Assembly (NCBI GenBank): GCA_046350815.1
Contig: JAXLZO010000001.1
Location: 660,001-692,000 of the forward strand
From: Candidatus Saccharimonadota bacterium
GTDB taxonomy: Bacteria > Patescibacteriota > Gracilibacteria > BD1-5 > UBA2023
DNA length: 32,000 nt
Direction: 5' to 3'
The position numbers and the translations under genes are program-made. Below the pieces are notes generated by a model, which was not told the DNA's origin, made no database searches, and saw only the letters and a list, made by a program, of their open reading frames with translations. This document shows, one piece after another, positions 1-10,405 of the stretch; the first letter of the stretch is position 1; each line of letters begins with the position of its first letter.

Positions 1-205
1 TGCACGCAATGAGTCCATCGAAGACTTTGTCTTCTGCAGCAGTATAGGAGAGTGGAAGAGTGGCATTTTTGCTTCCCCTCTCTTGCTTCGCTGATGCATT
101 GTTCTTCGCTCGCCACTCCCCAAAGATATCGGCTGTTTTCTGTTTGAGAGCTGATACTGAATCAGTAATTTTGTCTCGAGTATTTCCGAGTGTTCCTTTG
201 TTCAT
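1..205 (-). CDS. hypothetical protein, N-terminal part (continues past the left edge)
   Basis: ATG at 205-203, 9 nt downstream of the stop of the 215-508 ORF. The frame stays open to nt 1 (MNKGTLGNTRDKITDSVSALKQK...). No domain recognised. Confidence 0.35.
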   Translation of the reverse strand, partial: MNKGTLGNTRDKITDSVSALKQKTADIFGEWRAKNNASAKQERGSKNATLPLSYTAAEDKVFDGLIAC

Positions 206-214
206 ATAACTTTA

Positions 215-508
215 TTAAAGACTTTGTAAAAATAATCGAACCTCTTGGATAAAAATATCCTGAATGAGATGATCAACTTCATTTGGTCGTATGCCCTTGA
301 GAAATCCATAACCGTCCACTTCTCCATCTGTTTCGAGAAGTTCCTTATAAATTTCGACCTCATCTGGCGTGAGCTTCTCTGAAAGAATTCGTCCAAATGT
401 AAGTCGTTCGAGTGACTCGATTGTATGAGCAAGGCTTTGCTCAAGTGGATCACCAGAGAGTCCAGTTTTTTGAAGACCGGATCGTAGAGTATTGATAATT
501 TGTTCCAT
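215..508 (-). CDS. hypothetical small protein (97 aa)
   Basis: Intact track ORF with ATG start and TAA stop (215-217). A TTGACA hexamer lies on the minus strand at 565-560 upstream. No family recognised. Confidence 0.55.
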   Translation of the reverse strand: MEQIINTLRSGLQKTGLSGDPLEQSLAHTIESLERLTFGRILSEKLTPDEVEIYKELLETDGEVDGYGFLKGIRPNEVDHLIQDIFIQEVRLFLQSL

Positions 509-582
509 AGCGGTATATAAAATGAATATCTTCTACACGATACTATATAAATAAATATTTGTCAAAATATACGCTTTCGAAA

Positions 583-612
583 CTATAACAACCCTTATAA
601 GGGTTGTTATAG
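583..612. terminator. perfect 30-nt palindrome (13-bp stem, 4-nt loop), likely terminator of the 1082-aa gene
   Basis: CTATAACAACCCTTATAAGGGTTGTTATAG lies 11 nt after the TAA at 624-626 and is flanked by A/T runs on both sides. Confidence 0.6.
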
Positions 613-623
613 TGAAATTTTTT

Positions 624-3600
624 TTAATCCTTTTTTCCGGTGAAAAATTTTTTTAATCCTGTAAGTGCATTTTGGAAGAATCAAGGTTGTTTTTCCTGCT
701 GCACTATCTTCTGCGATACTGAAGCTTTTTTTGGTGTAGGTTGTTGCATTTTTACCTGCTTTTGCTTCGGTGCATACTCTTTATGTCCAAGCTCATTAAT
801 GAATTTTCGTAATGCGAGAATAGCATTTTGACTCTTTTCATTTTCCCAGTCTATATTTTTCAGATATTTCTGAATTCACCCCTCACTCATGAGTATCTTT
901 TTCTCCATTCCTGGAAATACAACTGCTTCATTTGGTGAGTTAAATTGCCCAAGGAACTGATAATACGCCTTCATACGGGTCTCTCAGAGATCTTTTTCTT
1001 GTTGGATTTTATCGTTTTCGTCTTGAAGGATCGCTATTTCAAGGCCTATAAGTTCACTTTGTTGATCTATGGAAAGCTTATTAAAACTCTTAATTCGCCG
1101 AGGATTGCTATCAAAATTTTTCTGTGCACGTTCATTCGCAAGATGAGATATCTCATCATCAGTGTAGAGATTTTTCGTGATTTCTTCCGGTTTGATAGCT
1201 GTTATGAACTCTTCCCATCCAGCATCTGTTGTGATTGCAGATGCAAATTCCGCTTGATGTCTTTTTATGGTGGCAATTCTTTCATCCTCAATTCTTTTTA
1301 ACTCATTCCGATCTTTTTCTTGGATTTTGTAGATGACCGATTCAAGATGATTGCCTTGTCTTTGAGCATCTTCATGATTTCCAAGAACAATAGGCTTAAG
1401 GAGATCGGTAGCTCTCTCTTCAACACTTCTTCCATCATCTTTTCCACTTGGATTGAGAAGGAGTTCTATCGCCTTTATTTGCTCTTCGAGAAGTTTATAC
1501 TGCTCTGGACGACGATCGAGATAGAGATGCTCAAGAAACTTCTTTTTTGGATAGTTCCACCACTCCTTTGCTTTCTCTTTAAAAGTTTTTTCTTCCCCTT
1601 TGTAGAGTTTAATAGCAGGATTGTATTGTTCTAAAAGCATGTATACAAAGTCTCGAGATTGCTCTGTAGTAACATCATTATCACCTTCTTGTTTGATGCG
1701 TGTGCTGTTGATAAGATGGGCAATGTCCTCAGCAATTTGTTCCATCAGTCTTTGTGTATCTAAAAGTACTTCGTTATAAGCATCCTTTCCACTTATCAGT
1801 ACATTCTTATTTCTCGATTTTTTTGAGCTAAATCGTCTTGCTTGAATTTGTCGAAAATTTGCAAGCAAACCATGCATAAAGAGTGTCAGTGAGACAAGTA
1901 ATATAATTTTTGCCGTACGTGGAAGTGATGCAGTGATTGCTGAAGCAAGTTTTCATTCTCTTTTCAAATTATCTATATGTTCAAGAAGGTTGCGAGCCTC
2001 AACTGGTAAGAGAGCAGCATTAATTCCTTGTGTGATGTTATCAGTATTAAGCTCAACTTTGATCGCAACATTAGCATCCAATTTTTGATTATATTTGGTG
2101 CTAAACTTTTTAGCATTTTCTTGAGCTGTATTGAGAAGTTTTGTATGATTTTCCATCACTCACTGCATAATGGCATTTGCCTTTTCAATATTTACAAGAG
2201 CTGTTTTAAGACGAGAGGACATGGAATCAATACCAGTATTGAGTGATGCACGGTTGGTATATTCCTTTTCATCATTTCCAAGAGTAAAACCTCTGTCATT
2301 TTCTTTTGCTATTGCAAGTTGATCTCATGAGTAATCATAGATTTTTTTTAATTGATCTTGACTATAACTCTCCAATATCATTCAGAGAACCTCTACATCA
2401 ATCTGAGCAAAGCTCCGTGGCATATGAAGAGTAGAAAGAGTATCTGAAAAATATTCATCTGCGCTGATAATTTCACCGTGAAGATTTACCTTTGGAAGAA
2501 TATTGAGATTGATTCCTTGATTAATAGTAGTGGTATCGATCGGTTTACCCGCTGGATTTAAGACAGTTTGCTTATGAAGAATTTTTGATTCGAGAGCAGA
2601 GAGACGCCCTGCTCCATTATTACCTGGACGATTATTCTCCGCATCCAGAATTGTTTTCGCTTTCTGAGTAATGTTGCTTTGAATTTGGGAATATTGTGAT
2701 TTCAGCTGTGTTCACATACCACTTTCAGCCGTCTCGTTCATAACAGTTGTGAATACATCCTGTGCTTTTTGATTGTATTGTTGTTGATCAGATACTTTCT
2801 GTATGGAACTACCAGAATCTACTACTAGTCCAAGTAATAACGCAGCGGTCATAGTCCCCCATTTTGTCTTTTTGGTAGGTTGAGATGGGGTATTGTACTC
2901 CATTGGCACATGCAAGGCTGGTTTACCACGTTTCACTCGGATAATATCAGCGATATTTCACCAAAGATTACTTCATTTGCTTGATGCATTGACTCGATTT
3001 CCTTGTGTAATCGCTCACTGTGCAAGAGCGACGCTTGAACCCGCAACGTGTCCGATAGTTGGGTCATTCGGCATAAGATTGGCATTATAGTATCCACCAA
3101 TTCCTGCGGTAGCGGCGTTTGTCAAAATACCTAATGCTTTCATGTCGTTGGCAAGCGCTATATTTGGCTTACGTGTCTGGAGTGCATCTATTTGTGCTTC
3201 TTCGATGCTGAGATCGAGAGAAAACTTTGCAAGCTGTTCAGGTGTATATAATTTCTGGATTTTTTTGGGTTCTTGGATTTCATGTATGGTTGTATCAATG
3301 GTATCTTGTACTATTTCGATGACCTGTTCTTGTGGGAATAATTCAATAAGAGTATCAGAATTGATTCAAGAAAAGACTGAATCTTGTGCGTTCTTTTTGA
3401 GATCGGTCAGTCCCACAGAGGATGACATGGAATCTACAATAATATCACGAATATGATCAAATATTTTTCACTTTGTGGTACTATCCACATCGAATCATGA
3501 AGGTATAGATTCTTCTATGGCTACTAAGAGTGAGCGGCATGATTTATAATCCTTTCATTCGAGACGATTAAAGTCCACTACTTTCCAGCTCAAAATAACC

Positions 3601-3872
3601 GTGCTTACTTTTTGTTGAAGTTCCTGAGCAAGCAGTTCAAAAGGATCTTGTGCATCTACCTGTTCAATAATATCATCAAGGCTGGATGATGTTTGAACTT
3701 CCGGCATAGCCTCAGCAGACTTATTCTTATCTGTCTGTGAGTGAGGTAGGTTGATATTTGATATATTGAATCCAGTAAAACCTGAATGGTTATTAACAGG
3801 TTGAGCATCCTGTCTATAAGATCACTTATTCGCATCATTCATATCGAGAGAGTTTGTAGTAAAAATATACAT
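624..3872 (-). CDS. large orphan membrane protein (1082 aa), function unknown
   Basis: Track fragments 984-1877, 1953-2159 and 2712-2936 plus untracked pieces share one frame. They join across in-frame TGA (e.g. 681, 984, 1953, 2160, 2325, 2712, 2958). The first ATG after the upstream TAA (3903-3905) is at 3872, and the stop is TAA 624-626. Two hydrophobic segments are present (WGTMTAALLLGLVV and IILLVSLTLFMHGLL). No known domain recognised. Confidence 0.7.
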
Positions 3873-3933
3873 GGCATTATCGAATGTTGTATATTTTATT
3901 CATTAAAAAATATATTTTCGAAATGTCTCTGCA

Positions 3934-3960
3934 ATTCTATTAATATTTACTATTTGTCAA
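3934..3960 (-). promoter_or_regulatory. sigma70-like promoter candidate for the 1082-aa gene
   Basis: The minus strand reads TTGACA (3960-3955), about 15 nt of spacer, then TAGAAT (3939-3934). This is roughly 60 nt upstream of the ATG at 3872. Confidence 0.45.
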
Positions 3961-4298
3961 ATATTAAATGTTATAGTTTATGCTTTGTATAAATAAAATA
4001 TCTCCAATCGTGTTAAGAATCTCTTGTGTGTCTCTATACAATATTTTTATTAATGGTATTTTGGTAGTAAAGAATGTATCGCGAACACGCGATAATTATA
4101 TGTTTGACACTCTTCAAAAGATTCATATTATTTACTTGCAATTTATTTATGCACAAAATAGTTTCTTTCTCGTTCTTCTATGCTTATTTCTTCTTTCAGA
4201 AACAACTGAAGGGTAGATTTGTGTAGTTGAGAATATTCTTAAATACAGATACCTCTCCTTCAGTCAGATGGAGATTTTTTATTATTAATACATTTTGT

Positions 4299-5414
<1,116 letters not shown>

Positions 5415-5494
5415 ATGTTTGATATACTCCAAGAAGGACAGCAAAGATAATAGGTATATTATTTTCTGAAAGTATAAAAGAACAAAATAGCATC

Positions 5495-5525
5495 AAAAAA
5501 ATCCTGAGAATTTCTCAGGATTTTT
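5495..5525. terminator. bidirectional rho-independent terminator between aroG and the convergent 77-aa ORF
   Basis: A6, then stem ATCCTGAGA / TCTCAGGAT (5501-5509 / 5513-5521), then T-run. Confidence 0.7.
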
Positions 5526-5759
5526 CTATCGTCCGCGAGCTGCTGCTCGTCCGGGGCGTTGTTTGTTGAATGTAGCTTTTGATCCACCGATGGATGCATT
5601 GCCATGTTTGCCAAATGAATCTGGACCAAAGTTGACTCCAGGACCAAAAGGAGATGGTTTTTTTGCTGGTTTCTCGACGTGATCCATATGAAGAATTTCT
5701 TCACCGTCTGTTTTTTGATGTTCAGAATGGTTGGATTGCGTTGCTGGTTCGGTTGTCAT
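5526..5759 (-). CDS. hypothetical small Gly/Pro/basic protein (77 aa)
   Basis: Intact track ORF with ATG 5759 and TAG stop 5526-5528. All 10 Gly codons are GGN, none UGA. The 3' end is locally GC-rich (RPGRAAARGR). Confidence 0.5.
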   Translation of the reverse strand: MTTEPATQSNHSEHQKTDGEEILHMDHVEKPAKKPSPFGPGVNFGPDSFGKHGNASIGGSKATFNKQRPGRAAARGR

Positions 5760-5816
5760 ATAAAAAGTTATGATACTCTTGTAGTATAATCCAAATATCA
5801 GGTTTGCAAATTTTCC

Positions 5817-6326
5817 CTATTTTGTTCTTAGATTTTCCGGGAGAAAAGGTACGACTCGAAGATCATTCACTATGACGATTTCACCATCTTGTTTATCAAG
5901 GTTTATCACACCTGTATTATAGACTCACGCAGTCGGTTTTCCGGTATTCCTGTAGATATCACCTGGATGCACACCAAGAATATTTCCGAGAATACATCGA
6001 ATGGTAAATCCATGAGAGCATATGAGATAGTGTTTGTTCGTGCCACAGATAGCATTGAGAAATAATTTCGTTCGATCATAGATATCCTGAATAGAATCAC
6101 CATTTGGTGGACGGAACTGTCATCGTGATTCATCCATAGTACGCAGCATTTCACTCGTCATGATTTCACTTTCTTTTCTTCATTCCCAGTCGCCATATTA
6201 TCGCTCTTCGATCCTTGTATCGGTGAGAATTTTTTTGGTATCGATTCGAAGGTTTTCACAGATGATTTGCATTGTTTCTTGAGCTCGAAATGCTGGTGAA
6301 CTGATCGCTTCTATATCTTTTCACAT
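5817..6326 (-). pseudogene. histidine phosphatase (PGAM/SixA superfamily) remnant
   Basis: The code-25 frame gives AISSPAFRAQETMQIICENL...IEER*YGDWEG...PPNGDSIQDIYDRT...LICSHGFTIRCILG. There is an in-frame TAA at 6198-6200 and no N-terminal RHG catalytic motif. The 5' end abuts the IS at 6337. The track ORF 5906-6154 is the wrong frame of this region. Confidence 0.7.
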
Positions 6327-6336
6327 AAAAAATCAT

Positions 6337-7143
6337 GGCTCTAGACCAGAAGAAAGTAACTCATATACTCTCTTCTTATGATCCCATACAGCAAAATATC
6401 AGTTCACGAACTTAAAAAGATTATTAAGTGCTTTTGTGTGGATATTGATACCACAAAAACAAGCGAGCTTTTGGGATATAATCGAAAGACGGTCAACCAT
6501 TATTTCTCTATCTTTAGGAAAATAATCTACACGAATCGTATTGAGGCTTTCAAAGAAAAGATAGGTTGAGAAATAGAAGTAGATGAAAGCTATTTCTGAG
6601 CCAAGCGAAAAAGATGATTTGCAGGAAAACTTAAACGATGAAGATGAACCCTCAAACAGCCAGTATTTTGACTCATCAAGAGAAAAGATGAGAATGGAAG
6701 AGTAGAAATATATACAGAGATTATTCCGAATTGCAAAGCTGTAACACTCCGCCCTATAATACAGGGAAAAGTCAGTGCCCCATAATCCAAGGAAAAGTCA
6801 GTCTAGAGAATTCTATCCTATATTCGGATGGCTGGAAAGGATACGATGGTCTCGTAGATGTATGAATCGACAAGCACTTTCGAGTCAACCATGGTACAAG
6901 TGAATTCTCACTTGGGAATGGAATTCACATCAATGGGATTGAGAACTTCTGGAGTTTTACAAAGCGCCGATTGAACAAGTTCAACGGCGTGAAAGTAAAC
7001 TTTCACCTTCATCTCAAAGAATGTGAATGGAGATATACCAAAGAAAGCTTTGAACTTGAGCAGGAACTTCTTACAATGATTAAAATCTTTTATAAAAAAT
7101 CCAGAAAATCTTAGATATTTCTAAAATCTTCTGGTCTAGAGCC
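6337..7143 (+). mobile_element. IS1595-family (ISXO2-like transposase) insertion sequence, copy 1, decayed
   Basis: 17-bp terminal inverted repeats GGCTCTAGACCAGAAGA at 6337-6353 and 7127-7143 (reverse complement) enclose a transposase ORF. No flanking target-site duplication was found. Confidence 0.8.
6378..7114 (+). pseudogene. ISXO2-like DDE transposase, frameshifted
   Basis: The N-terminal part (MIPYSKISVHELKKIIKCFCVD...GEIEVDESYFGAKRKRG, TGA=Gly) ends at TAA 6783-6785. The remainder (SILYSDGWKGYDGL...HINGIENFWSF...LKECEWRY) continues in another frame from 6782 to TAG 7112-7114. The shift coincides with an imperfect 26-bp duplication at 6756-6781 / 6782-6807. Confidence 0.8.
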
Positions 7144-7244
7144 TAGCTTAATAACTGAAAGCTGAGCAATAAACAATGAAATAGCTTCTCAATATCTATT
7201 TGGAAATCGGTTTTCTATGTATTGAGCTATCTTTTGGAACATAC

Positions 7245-8435
7245 TTATATTGGTTTCTTATCTCAACCTCCCAATTCCAAATAATCCACTTTCTCAAGCT
7301 TTGATCCAATCAATCCCTGCATATCTCCGTAGAGACGTGCAGTGTTGTCGATGACACGAGAGAGTTGCTTTTCACGAGCGCTCCACATTTTCTCCATGGC
7401 GCGCTTTTCACGATCGAGATCATCTTTCATGGTAGTGAATGCCTCGATGATATTCTCAATCTTTGCTTTAAATTCCGGAGAGATGAGATAGTTGTAGAGG
7501 ACTTCCATTTTCTCGTCTTTCCCCTTGAGACTGTTGCGAGTCTTGGTGAGCTCGATCATATGAGCTCTGAGTGCAATCGTGAGTGGGAGGACTGATTCAG
7601 AATCGGTAACCCAGATGTCGCGATAGAGTCCAAACCTGTGGATGCCAGTAGGAAGTACCGATGATACAATTACAGAGACTCCAGCATTGACTCGTAGTCG
7701 ATCTTCTTTGAGTTTGTCGACCCAGCTATCACTCCATGCCTTGGTATTTTTGGATTCCCAAGCAATAATGCCGACTGATTGCCCGAAACTATCACGAACT
7801 TCTTGGATGATATCAGCACCCTTGATACCTTTCTCTACATCTGAGATCAGATCGATCGGAAAATTACTCATGAGAAGATCTTTGAGAGCATCTTCTTGAA
7901 TCTCACCTTGGATCTGCATCGATCCTTGGTTTGCTTTACGGTTAGCATCTTCGACAGCTTTTTGGGTCATCTCGAGTTGCTTTTGCATCTCTGCTATACG
8001 CTTGTCATACTCGATCTTCATCTTGTCATTCTCAAGGGATTGCTGTTTTTCTATTTGTACCTTGATCTCAGTCTCCATAGATTTTCGAGCTTCGATAATA
8101 GCTTGTTGCTTCTCGAGCTCCATGTTTTTTGCTTTCATCTCCATTTCTTGTTTTTCTCGGAGAAATTGGAGCTCTTTTACTCGAGCTTCCTCATCGCGTT
8201 TACGGAGTGATTCGAGCTCAACAGTTTGTTTGCGAGCTGACTCCTCCGCATCTTGTTTCGCTTTTTTAACTTCTTCTTGAGCCCACCCAAAAGCTCGCTT
8301 TTTCATATCTGCTTCGATCTCTATTTGAAGCTTTTTTTGAAGTTCTATCTTCATTTCTTCGAGCTCGTGTTTTTGTACGTCAGAGAGTGAGAACTGATGT
8401 CCGCAATTTGGACAAGTAATGGTGTTGGAGTGCAT
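7245..8435 (-). CDS. DUF2130-like protein (zinc-ribbon, coiled coil, C-terminal PD-(D/E)xK-like domain)
   Basis: Uninterrupted 390-codon track ORF. It has an N-terminal CPNCG motif, a long E/K-rich coiled coil, and a C-terminal GADIIQEV...IAWESKNTKAW (D...ExK) motif. The track stop TGA at 7263-7265 is read through under code 25 to TAA 7245-7247, adding 6 aa. The family assignment is from memory of the DUF2130 pattern. Confidence 0.7.
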
Positions 8436-8460
8436 AAAATATTTTCCCTATTCTAGTGAA

Positions 8461-8492
8461 AAAAATAGATATTCCTAGGAATATCTATTTTT
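8461..8492. terminator. 32-nt perfect palindrome following the small membrane-protein gene
   Basis: AAAAATAGATATTCCTAGGAATATCTATTTTT starts at the TAA stop (8491-8493) of the 8491-8967 gene. It sits about 25 nt upstream of the DUF2130 start at 8435. Confidence 0.55.
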
Positions 8493-8967
8493 ACTTCTTT
8501 TGATTGGAGGCTATTATCATTCCATGATAGAAGAGGAAGAGGATAAAGAGTGTCCCAAGAAGACCGGATGTAATGTTAAATACTCACATAATATTTCCAT
8601 CTTTCATGCCTTCCTGACCGAATATCATAAGGATTATAGCTATTGTTATTCCACCGATAAGTACTCATATAAAAAATCCAACAATACTTATTGGAAATCA
8701 TAAGCATAAATATCGTTCAATGAAATGCTTACCGTCTCATTGTTGATTTTTCCGATAGATAACAATCAAGCCAATAATCATTAGTAAAAGACTGATTATA
8801 TCTGTGAGAAGTGCTATTTTAATATCGCCTTCATAAGGAAGCAGTCGGCTGGCGTATATTATACCAAAAATGATTGTAGTGCCAATCAGGTAATGAAACT
8901 GTTGTTTTTCACTTACTTTATTATCACGAAGATCTTCAGCAAGTTTGATATAGTTGAGGATATACAT
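8491..8967 (-). CDS. small integral membrane protein (158 aa, about 4 TM segments)
   Basis: Track ORF 8737-8967 continues across TGA at 8737, 8698, 8665 and 8584 to TAA 8491-8493. Hydrophobic stretches include LIGTTIIFGIIY, IISLLLMIIGLIVIY, FPISIVGFFIGVLIGGITIAIILMIF and LLGTLFILFLFY. Confidence 0.65.
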
Positions 8968-9124
8968 AACGTATGATGTTGGAAGGAAAGCTGAACCATA
9001 TCGGCATAGTATATATTTTTTCTTCTTTTTACAAAAATCTTCACATACTCTTCACAGATTATAAACAAAGCTTGTAAGAGTAACGCTTTCATTTATACTC
9101 TTGCCCTCTTTCTTTGACTATCGT

Positions 9125-10348
9125 ATGACTAGACTTAACATTGTGAATTTTTTCGATCATGAAGAAGAAGCAAAGATATATCTTCAGAAAGGCATACGAA
9201 CCATCTTTAACAAGCAAACTTTGGTTCTCAACGATACTCGTTTGATGATCAAACAGGATATTATTCCTCATATTCCCTTTGTTGGATCATATGATCAGAG
9301 AATTCTTCCGATACTCTCGGATACAACGGTTGTTTTTTCAGATCCCTTTCAGAGAGAATCACATGAATATTTTGTATCTCTTGGATTATCGCAGGATGTT
9401 GAGGTGCTTACTCTCTCGAATAATCATCATATCTCTTTGACGGAAAATATTTTAGCTGATGATTGATTTATTGACCAGCTTCGAGATCGGAATTTTCAGA
9501 ATATAGTCAACTTCTCCGTCAATGAACACGTTGAGCTCTTAGCCGAAAAAATAGGGGCAAAATGCCTTGTATCATCAGAGATATCAGCTATCGCGAATGA
9601 TAAATTGAAGCTCAAACAGTTTCTTGAGCATTCAGGGCTTCCGACTATTGAAGGAGTCTATACAGATGATCCAGAAATTATTACATCATACTTTTGAAGG
9701 AAAGACCATTACTTTTTCAAAGACCCCCAAGGTGTCTCTGGTTATGGTTTCTGGAGTAATCAGAACAATACTCTCGAACAGATACTCTCGGAATACGGAT
9801 GAAAAAATATTATCATTGAACGGGTGATTGAAAAAGAAAGCTCTCCGAGCGTGCAGTTTTTGATCTATGAGGATGCTGGCGAAAAATACGCTTGTATATT
9901 TGGATTTACTGATCAGATTTTGCAAGAATGACGATATTATCTCGGAAATCAATCACCGAGTGTATATGTTGACCACCACTATCTTCGATCTGAATTTATG
10001 CGTCAGTCTGAGATGATCATGCACTATCTCTTTGAGATTGGATATGTTGGGTTTTGATGAATCGATTTTATGGTCGGTGATGGTCAGATCTATACTACCG
10101 AGATCAATGCTCGATTTACCTGAGCAACCTATCCCGCGATTACTAGCTATCTCCTCTCCGACTCTCTCATAACTCCCTGGAAGTATATCACTCGTGAAGG
10201 AGTTGTTCATTCACATGCTGATTATCTTGAGCGATCTATTCAATCTCCTGATGAGTATGGCATGTTCCCACTTTGTATTGCACCTCTTGACGATCATGGG
10301 AGAGCACAGTTGCTCTTTATTGGTGAGTTTGATGAACATGATATATAA
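9125..10348 (+). CDS. ATP-grasp domain protein (407 aa), substrate unknown
   Basis: Track ORF 9101-9466 extends across 6 in-frame TGA. The C-terminal part shows an ATP-grasp pattern (KLKQFLEHSGLPT..., VIEKESSPSVQFLI..., GYVGFGGIDFMVGDGQIYTTEINARFTG). ATG 9125 was chosen over TTG 9101. Stop is TAA 10346-10348. Confidence 0.72.
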
Positions 10349-10405
10349 AAGTTGACTATTTTAAATATATACATATAATTTTTAATTTTTCTATTAAAAA
10401 GAATT

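Noticed and set aside
3980-4216. 78-aa plus-strand track ORF in the long intergenic region
   Set aside because: It has a TTG start, an extremely AT-rich low-complexity translation and no supporting signals, and it lies in the divergent promoter region.
4000-4298. T-box riboswitch upstream of DAHP synthase
   Set aside because: No T-box consensus (GGGUGGNACCGCG-like) and no specifier-loop architecture could be found. Only a weak terminator-like hairpin is present.
5906-6154. 82-aa track ORF
   Set aside because: It is the wrong frame of the histidine-phosphatase remnant. The frame containing UGA-Gly gives the family motifs (PPNGDS, SHG).
7365-8280. Several plus-strand track ORFs (7365-7595, 7642-7899, 7896-8210, 8002-8280)
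   Set aside because: All are antisense to the uninterrupted DUF2130-like ORF. Their Ser/Leu/Phe-rich translations mirror its Glu/Lys-rich coiled coil.
9686-10210. Minus-strand track ORFs 9686-9952 and 9953-10210
   Set aside because: They are antisense to the ATP-grasp gene, whose plus-strand frame contains the conserved C-terminal ATP-grasp motifs.
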